The notes under the pieces were generated by a model. The model saw only the letters and a program-made list of their open reading frames with translations, was not told where the DNA came from and ran no database searches. The translations under genes were made by a program, and so were the position numbers. A DNA stretch of 64,000 bases from Candidatus Heimdallarchaeota archaeon (lineage in GTDB: Archaea > Asgardarchaeota > Heimdallarchaeia > JABLTI01), in the NCBI GenBank assembly GCA_019056785.1, contig DXJV01000062.1, forward strand, positions 9,441 through 73,440, given 5' to 3'. Positions 57,646-64,000 of this stretch are shown one piece after another (position 1 is the stretch's first letter; the number at the start of each line of letters is the position of its first letter).

Positions 57646-58833
57646 ATGAACGAGGTAGCAATAACTCCCCAACTCCAAGATAAAAAAGATCTTGAAAATA
57701 ACGCTTTTGAAACTATTAAAGAGGAGAAGGAACAAGAACATATACGCTTGAAGGAACGTTTCCAACGATTTTTCAATCAAGAGCGTAAAAAGAAAATTTA
57801 CACTGTTTTTTACTTTGTATTTCTAGCTGCAGTTGTAGCGTATTTTATTTATAGCAAGGTTCAGATGTTCCGTACTCCACCACCAGAGGAGGTTACAGAT
57901 TACAGCCAGTATGCCTGGTATTATATTCCAGCAATTTATATTGTTGATTATTTTCGCCATGCTTGGAATTCTCTTCTTATAGCTTTTCTTCTTGCCGGAA
58001 TAATTTATGAATTTATCCCGAATAAAGTGATTAAAAAACGCCTTGGTGGTGGGAAGTTTTATCATTATCTTCTTGCAGCAGTTCTTGCTCCTTTTTTCAT
58101 TACTTGCAGCTGTTCTGTTATTCCTATTTATGTTGGCATTTTAGCTTCAGGGGCTAGTCTTGGTGTTGCTATGACATTCTTTTTAATGGCTCCCGCGGCG
58201 AATTTTATCACAATAATGATGACTGGAGAATATATTGGTTGGAATCTGGGTCTTTGGCGGCTTGGTTGGTCGCTTGTTGCTGCAGTGGTTAGTGGGATTA
58301 TTTTCGATCAATTCAGATTTACAAAGGAGTTACAAAACCAATTTGAAATACGTGCTCCTGCTACAAGCGAAGAAGGTGGTACGACAATTAAACGGTTGGA
58401 AATTAAAAAAACAATTCATGATAGAACTGAAAATGCTTATACTTTCAGCTGGAAGTTAGTAAAAACCGTTCTTCCACGATTAATAATTGGGCTTGTTGCA
58501 GTGAGCTATTTAATCGCTTATGTCCCTGATAAATGGATCACTGATTATTTTACCGGCATTCGTGGGATTGTAATTGCTGCTCTCTTGGGAGGACCACTTT
58601 ACACCCCAACGCTAGTCGAAATTGCTATGACAAAATCATTACTCTTAAAAGGAATGGATGGTGCTACTGCACTCTCATTTATGATGGGCCAACCCTATGA
58701 TTTCGTATCTATGGTACCAAATTCGAAATATTTCAAATGGAAAGGAGTAATTATTTATTCTGCAGTATTCTTTATATTTAGTATCCTTTCTGCAGTAATC
58801 TATGCTTTAATTTATCATATACCATTAAAATAA
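57646..58833 (+). CDS. DUF318/ArsP-family permease
   Basis: 'TCSCSVIP', 'GASLGVAMTFFLMAP', 'GGPLY'. Confidence 0.85.
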   Translation: MNEVAITPQLQDKKDLENNAFETIKEEKEQEHIRLKERFQRFFNQERKKKIYTVFYFVFLAAVVAYFIYSKVQMFRTPPPEEVTDYSQYAWYYIPAIYIVDYFRHAWNSLLIAFLLAGIIYEFIPNKVIKKRLGGGKFYHYLLAAVLAPFFITCSCSVIPIYVGILASGASLGVAMTFFLMAPAANFITIMMTGEYIGWNLGLWRLGWSLVAAVVSGIIFDQFRFTKELQNQFEIRAPATSEEGGTTIKRLEIKKTIHDRTENAYTFSWKLVKTVLPRLIIGLVAVSYLIAYVPDKWITDYFTGIRGIVIAALLGGPLYTPTLVEIAMTKSLLLKGMDGATALSFMMGQPYDFVSMVPNSKYFKWKGVIIYSAVFFIFSILSAVIYALIYHIPLK

Positions 58834-58894
58834 GATATTTCAAGATGTATGAACATTTATCCAGGCTACAATCAAAAAAGATAGAAGAAGCTCA

Positions 58895-59578
58895 GTGATC
58901 TCCTTGAAATTTCAATGTCCCATCTGCCATGAAGAACTACAAGAAAATAATAGTAACGTAGCTTGTACCTATTGCGGGAAAGTTGAGCACGCTGAATGGC
59001 TATACCCAAATAAGCACTTTGTATGTGAGGCCTGCCGTCTTGCTGAACCTGAAGAAATAACTTTACGAGTATGCAATAATACTAAAAGCAAGGATCCTTT
59101 TGAACTGGCAAACTTGATCATGCATCATCCCACCTTTCGGGAGCATGGCAAAGAGCATCATCTAATTGTTGCACCGGTAATTATTACTGCATTAAAAAAT
59201 GCGGGCCAAATTACAATTGATACGCGAAGGAATAAAATTGCTATACGACGTGCAAAAGAAATGCCTTATGGTATTTGCGGATCGAGAGGCGATTGCGGAG
59301 CAGCTGTTGGAGTTGGAATAGCAATCTCGATAATTACTCGAGCAACATATCTATCAAATAGCGAGCGTTCTCTGACCATTGAAGCAACAGGTCGCTCACT
59401 CATTGATTTGGCAAAAAGAGGTGGACCTCGTTGTTGCAAAGAAAGTGTCTACTCGAGTATTCAATCTGCCTTGAAATTTCTGAATGAGAAAGAGATGATT
59501 CATTTTTCTGAGCCAGTCTGGAAATGTGAGTTCAAAGATATGGAAGGTTGCAAGAAGGAGGATTGTAATTATTACTAA
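58895..59578 (+). CDS. DUF5714 domain Cys-rich protein
   Basis: Zn-ribbon N-terminus; 'HGKEHH', 'CGSRGDCGAA.G', 'GGPRCCK'. Confidence 0.75.
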   Translation: MISLKFQCPICHEELQENNSNVACTYCGKVEHAEWLYPNKHFVCEACRLAEPEEITLRVCNNTKSKDPFELANLIMHHPTFREHGKEHHLIVAPVIITALKNAGQITIDTRRNKIAIRRAKEMPYGICGSRGDCGAAVGVGIAISIITRATYLSNSERSLTIEATGRSLIDLAKRGGPRCCKESVYSSIQSALKFLNEKEMIHFSEPVWKCEFKDMEGCKKEDCNYY

Positions 59579-60647
59579 TCAAAATAATTTTTTCCAGGCA
59601 CGATTATTAATTGACGATTTTCGCGATCCTTACAAACATTTTGCTGTAGAAGAGGGCATTTTGCGACAAGTAGCGGACGGTGTTAGTCCTGCCACTTTGC
59701 GAATTAGGAGATTTTATCCTTCAGTATGGATTGGTGTTAATCAATACCTAGAAGAGGATGTTGATCTTGCGTATTGTCAACGAGAACAAATTCCAATTGT
59801 TCGAAGGCCTAATCCTGGGGGAGCGGTTTATCAAGATGAGGGAAGTTTCTGTTATTCGTTTTTCTTTCGAACCAAAAGCTTTTTGCAACATTTAGGAATT
59901 AAGGACACAAAAAAACTTTACTCGCTCTTTGGGCGCGTAATAATTGAAACCATTGGAACATTTGGCCTAAAAGCAGATTATTCCGGTGTGAATGATGTTA
60001 CTATCAATAATCGGAAAGTCTATGGCTCTGCACAACTTGAATTAAATGATGCTTTTGTTCATAGTGGGACTTTTCTTGTGAAAACAAACATCGACAGACT
60101 GGCAAATACTCTAAGACCATCAAAATTAAAATTTATAGACAAAGAGTTTACGAATGTTAAAGAACGAGTAATCAATTTTTCTGACGCACTTCAGAGAGAT
60201 ATTTCAATTAAAGATGTTTATCATGTGCTTATTCAGAAAATGGCTGAAATTTTGCGGATAAATTTTAGTCCTCCGACAAAAGAGTTGTTACTCGAGGAAG
60301 AGAAATTAATGGAGATACTTTACAAAACAAAATACGCAACCGCAGAGTGGAATTATCGAGAGAAACCTAAACTTGAGAAGACAGTTTCAATGAAGACAAA
60401 AAGTGGGATTATAACCCTTTCAGTTACTTTAGATAGTGCAATCATTAAGGAAATGGTTCTTAGTGGGGATTTCTTATTTGCCAAGAAAAAGGAACAAGAT
60501 GAATTGATAGAGCAATTGATCGGACAGACAATAACAACTGCGTTGAAAAAGATCTCCGTTAGCAGCTTATCTGAGGAAATAAAAAGGGCATTAACAATTT
60601 TGTTTACTGAAGTTAAAGGTGATGAATGCTGTCAAGGAAAAAAATGA
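59526..60647 (+). CDS. lplA: Lipoate-protein ligase A (with C-terminal accessory domain)
   Basis: 'VRRPNPGGAVYQDEG', 'NDV...RKVYGSAQ', 'HSGT', 'KY...EWN', 'GDF'; start uncertain. Confidence 0.85.
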   Translation: MSSKIWKVARRRIVIITNQNNFFQARLLIDDFRDPYKHFAVEEGILRQVADGVSPATLRIRRFYPSVWIGVNQYLEEDVDLAYCQREQIPIVRRPNPGGAVYQDEGSFCYSFFFRTKSFLQHLGIKDTKKLYSLFGRVIIETIGTFGLKADYSGVNDVTINNRKVYGSAQLELNDAFVHSGTFLVKTNIDRLANTLRPSKLKFIDKEFTNVKERVINFSDALQRDISIKDVYHVLIQKMAEILRINFSPPTKELLLEEEKLMEILYKTKYATAEWNYREKPKLEKTVSMKTKSGIITLSVTLDSAIIKEMVLSGDFLFAKKKEQDELIEQLIGQTITTALKKISVSSLSEEIKRALTILFTEVKGDECCQGKK

Positions 60648-60943
60648 GATTGGAGCTCTTATTGGCTGCACCGCCAACGAGAAGATGTAAAGCCTTAGAA
60701 GAAATGTTCAAACAATTTGTTTCAGAAAATCCCAAATTAAAACTTGATATTTATTATGCCGGAACAGCTTGTTCTATACCAACTACTAGAGGATTCAAAA
60801 AAACCATTAATAAAACAATCAAAATACCAATGGCTTTTATTAATGGGAAACCGATCCCTAAGGAATTGCATAATGATATTGAAAAGATTCGTGCCATTTT
60901 AAGTGAAGAATTCTCAAAAGGCGAGAGTAATTGGGATGACTAA
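60626..60943 (+). CDS. Thioredoxin/glutaredoxin-fold protein with TxxC motif
   Basis: 'PPTRRC' at the CxxC position; 'IPMAFINGK' cis-Pro strand. Confidence 0.55.
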   Translation: MLSRKKMRLELLLAAPPTRRCKALEEMFKQFVSENPKLKLDIYYAGTACSIPTTRGFKKTINKTIKIPMAFINGKPIPKELHNDIEKIRAILSEEFSKGESNWDD

Positions 60944-60985
60944 GATTATACTTTACAGCTAAATTTGTTCCCAAAAGAAGACTGT

Positions 60986-62257
60986 TTAAAAATTTTCAAG
61001 GAGTGGTTTTTCTCTCTGCTTTTTTGGAAAGAAACTTCTCAAACAGCACCGCAGAACTAGAGTCGCTTGGCAAACTTTTCGAATAAAATGAAAGTCTAAT
61101 TTATCAATTGTATCTGCTTCAGTATGATAAAAAGGATAGCGAAAATTCGCTGTGTCGGTTACCATTATTGCTGGGATACCATATTTAAGAAAAGGAGCAT
61201 GATCAGAACGCAATGAATCCCTGACCTTCACTGCAAGAGTCTCGAAATTATACGGCAAACAATAGTTAACATAGGGAAGTTTTATATTTGCCTTTTTACA
61301 TTGCTGGCAGAAGAATTTTGCCAGGGCATGCGATTGTTTATCGCTAATTATCCCAATAAAATTCCCAATCTCTTGTCGCAGATTGGCCCGGTATTTTGGG
61401 AAAAACTTGAAAATTATTGAAGGGATAAGCTGTGAGTGTTTTCTTGAAGAGGTATAACCAATAGTCTCAAGATTAATTACTCCAAGAATGTTGCGTTTTT
61501 CTTTCATTGCCTTTTCTACATACTTTGTACTGCCAACGAGAGCTGTTCTGCCAATCCAATCAGTAGGATTCTTCAATTCCTGCAAGAGCTCCAAGAGATA
61601 GCTGAAATAGGCTTGCTCTCGCTCGTCCAAATCATCCTTGAATTTTTCAAAAGTGAGTTTAGCCCCCTCTGTATAGCTTTTTCCGGTGGAAGTCAACCGC
61701 CAAAATTGCTTTAGAAAGTTTTTAACGAGTTGTTGGGTGTGGAACCGCAAATACCTGTCTTTTTTGTCTACTAAACCCAATTCTAATCGCTTCTTGAAAA
61801 GACGGGAATAAAAGATCGGGTGGGTTTCCTCCTGTGTGAAACTAACAAATCGCAAACAAAAATTGTCCATTTTTTGTCTTGCAAGGATTCTGGCAACTTC
61901 GAGCATGGCAACCACGCCTGAACCATTATCATTTGCTCCCGGACTATTTTGGACAGTATCGTAATGGCTGGTGATGAGTAATGCCGGCTTTTTCTCATCG
62001 CCAAGGATGCCCTCTACATTTTTGAATTCGTGAGGAATGCCATCAAAAGTAAAGACTTGTTCTTGAACCTGCAGACCGTAGGCTTTTAATTCCTTCCTAA
62101 TATAGTCTGCTGTTTCCGCCAATTTCTCAGGATTGACTTGAAAATGTCTTATACCTTCTATTGCTAAGCTATGCTGATAGAGCCGCTCGAGATCAACCCG
62201 ATTAATAATTTCTTCTTGCAACAGTATTCTTACCCCAAAAAAGATAGACTCTTGCAA
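60986..62257 (-). CDS. M28 family peptidase
   Basis: 'SHYDT...PGANDNGSG', 'EE', 'NLETIG', 'RSDHAPF', 'YHT..DT'. Confidence 0.85.
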   Translation of the reverse strand: MQESIFFGVRILLQEEIINRVDLERLYQHSLAIEGIRHFQVNPEKLAETADYIRKELKAYGLQVQEQVFTFDGIPHEFKNVEGILGDEKKPALLITSHYDTVQNSPGANDNGSGVVAMLEVARILARQKMDNFCLRFVSFTQEETHPIFYSRLFKKRLELGLVDKKDRYLRFHTQQLVKNFLKQFWRLTSTGKSYTEGAKLTFEKFKDDLDEREQAYFSYLLELLQELKNPTDWIGRTALVGSTKYVEKAMKEKRNILGVINLETIGYTSSRKHSQLIPSIIFKFFPKYRANLRQEIGNFIGIISDKQSHALAKFFCQQCKKANIKLPYVNYCLPYNFETLAVKVRDSLRSDHAPFLKYGIPAIMVTDTANFRYPFYHTEADTIDKLDFHFIRKVCQATLVLRCCLRSFFPKKQREKPLLENF

Positions 62258-62489
62258 CTATAAAATTATCCTAAAAAAGAAACAAAACAACCGTTTTAAT
62301 AGAAGAGACACTTTTGGTTCTTGAACCTTTTGCCCCTCAACTGTTAATTCGTGTCATTCTTTGTTGTAGAAAGCGTTTGTTTTTGCTTTTGGAAACCTTC
62401 TGGAATCGTTTAAGCAACCATTGTCTCTAACTGTTTAAAATTCACTTTGTCTCAATAGCTACTTAAAAGAAAATTATGAGGTATTAATA

Positions 62490-63038
62490 ATGAACAAGAA
62501 ACTCGCAATAATCCTACCAATTGTTGTTATTGGCGTGGTTGCAGCTTCCATTTTCCTTGTCCCAATGATAATGTATGGAGGTGCAACTGTTCCTGTTGTC
62601 GAAGGAACGCTCACTTTTGAAACTACCAGTACATCCCCTGCAGACTTTTCCACACTATTAGTAGGTCCTAATATTGGCAATGTGAACTTAGAATTACACA
62701 ATAAAACAATGAGTGCTATTAACTATGGCTTTGATGGTATTAACGGGAGAAATGAAGCCGGTGAAAATAATCCTAGTGGCGATATCTCACTTGAATTATC
62801 AATTATTTTTACCATTAGTAAAAATGATACTATCCTCAAGGAGATAGACATTGGCGTATTACATGGCGAAGGAATTCACAATGTATCAATTCTCTTAGGA
62901 CCAGCCGAAGGGCTAACAACAGAAGGAACATTCGAGCTTACTATCAGTATTTCTTTGAAATTGCATACGCCACTTAATGATCTCACCTTGGACGTTGATC
63001 TTGGCCCCTTTAGTTTCTATTTCAATCCCCAAGCTTAG
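62490..63038 (+). CDS. N-terminally anchored beta-rich hypothetical protein
   Basis: N-terminal TM followed by a beta-strand pattern. Confidence 0.6.
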   Translation: MNKKLAIILPIVVIGVVAASIFLVPMIMYGGATVPVVEGTLTFETTSTSPADFSTLLVGPNIGNVNLELHNKTMSAINYGFDGINGRNEAGENNPSGDISLELSIIFTISKNDTILKEIDIGVLHGEGIHNVSILLGPAEGLTTEGTFELTISISLKLHTPLNDLTLDVDLGPFSFYFNPQA

Positions 63039-63238
63039 CTTATTGGGCAGGGTTTTTACCCTCCCTCTTTCTTTTTCTAATTTTTAACATTCGATGGGTT
63101 AAAGTAATACTTTTGAAACCATTAGGAATCCTTCCGGCAACTGTTGAATAAAATTATTTAAAGAGTCTTTAAAACAATAAGTATATCAGCGCCCAAGCAA
63201 GAGGGGTTAATAACAGTTAAAGTTCCAGGTTGAAAGCC

Positions 63239-64000
63239 ATGATTAAACATAAAGTCAAAAAAATTGGTGTTGCGTTTATCATTCTATTTCTTATTCATTC
63301 CTTCCCCTTGTTATTAGATGCCCAACCTGAGGGGATAACCTTTCAAGAGGGGTTCGACAACATTACTATTATAACCAATTTTATGACGCTAAAAATCAAT
63401 AGCCTTAGCCCGTATTTTACTTGGTGGAATAGTAACTCATCCTCACCATCTGAAAAGTTTAATATCAAGTTTATTTCAATAAAGGAGTTTTTTGGCGATG
63501 ATGAAATCCTTGATAGCCCAGCCGAATTAGGTGGGATTTCTTATGATTTGGCGGCTAATGATTGGGACTATCGTATAACTTATGATGACAACTCGGTAAC
63601 AGTAGAATTACAGCTCAGTGGGTTAGCAAATGGTGCAGAAATTCTTTTTGTACTTACTATTTATAACGAAAATAAAGCCATTACCGGCACCGATCATTTT
63701 GTGGACGCACTGAGTGAGATTAAATTTGACATTATAGTAAATAATTGGCCATTTAGTATAAATGCTAGAGGGTTGGCTCTTTTCACTTATGTTTTTGAAT
63801 CACTTGAGAATTCAGCTGTTAAAATTAGAGATGGTACACTAAAAGAAGATGGTAATGCAACCCAAAGTCTGCAATTTGAGTGTTCAGAAGATAAAACAGC
63901 CTTTTTTGAATGGACAACTTTTGCTAATGTCTATAATGGCGCAAACTTTGTCAAGAATATTACCGTTCGGAAAGCTTCTCTAGCAGATCCTTTCTCTCTC
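63239..64000 (+). CDS. Secreted hypothetical protein, 5' part (runs off window)
   Basis: Hand translation MIKHKVKKIGVAFIILFLIHSFPLLLDAQ...EIKFDIIVNNWPFSINARGLAL...; frame appears open to the window end. Confidence 0.65.
   Translation, partial: MIKHKVKKIGVAFIILFLIHSFPLLLDAQPEGITFQEGFDNITIITNFMTLKINSLSPYFTWWNSNSSSPSEKFNIKFISIKEFFGDDEILDSPAELGGISYDLAANDWDYRITYDDNSVTVELQLSGLANGAEILFVLTIYNENKAITGTDHFVDALSEIKFDIIVNNWPFSINARGLALFTYVFESLENSAVKIRDGTLKEDGNATQSLQFECSEDKTAFFEWTTFANVYNGANFVKNITVRKASLADPFSL

Noticed and set aside
1-64000. CRISPR array, rRNA, tRNA, IS elements, provirus
   Set aside because: No spaced direct repeats, structured GC-rich RNA genes, transposases or viral hallmark genes were recognised by eye.

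Overview
AT-rich (roughly 35% GC) archaeal chromosomal segment, most likely from an Asgard archaeon (probably Heimdallarchaeia-related). This is inferred from a membrane-anchored RING protein, a uDENN/longin-like protein, many C-terminally anchored surface proteins, and archaeal TATA boxes and U-rich terminators. No rRNA, tRNA, CRISPR array or transposase was seen. Content: FtsX-like permeases; beta-propeller surface proteins; an ABC exporter; a tandem array of paralogous anchored proteins; two DUF134 regulators with a DUF5320/NifX/MinD-ferredoxin ATPase operon; a giant subtilase-clostripain surface protease; an IscS/IscU/ferredoxin locus; an IPCT/CDP-alcohol phosphotransferase pair; an ArsR-linked thioredoxin/ArsP/DUF5714/lipoate-ligase operon; and about nine broken genes (including merA, msrB, a TM2 gene and a HEPN remnant). 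Most striking observations: (1) an Fe-S assembly operon whose IscS homolog has lost its PLP site (K206T, H104D and others) but keeps the catalytic Cys, flanked by a divergent TusA-like gene and an IscU-DUF59 fusion; (2) an approximately 6-7-fold excess of the palindrome CTCGAG; (3) a coupled longin/uDENN + V4R gene pair; (4) a shared 22-bp palindrome upstream of both DUF134 genes; (5) a lipoate ligase inside a putative arsenic/metal-resistance operon. All family assignments come from motif recognition by eye, not database searches.
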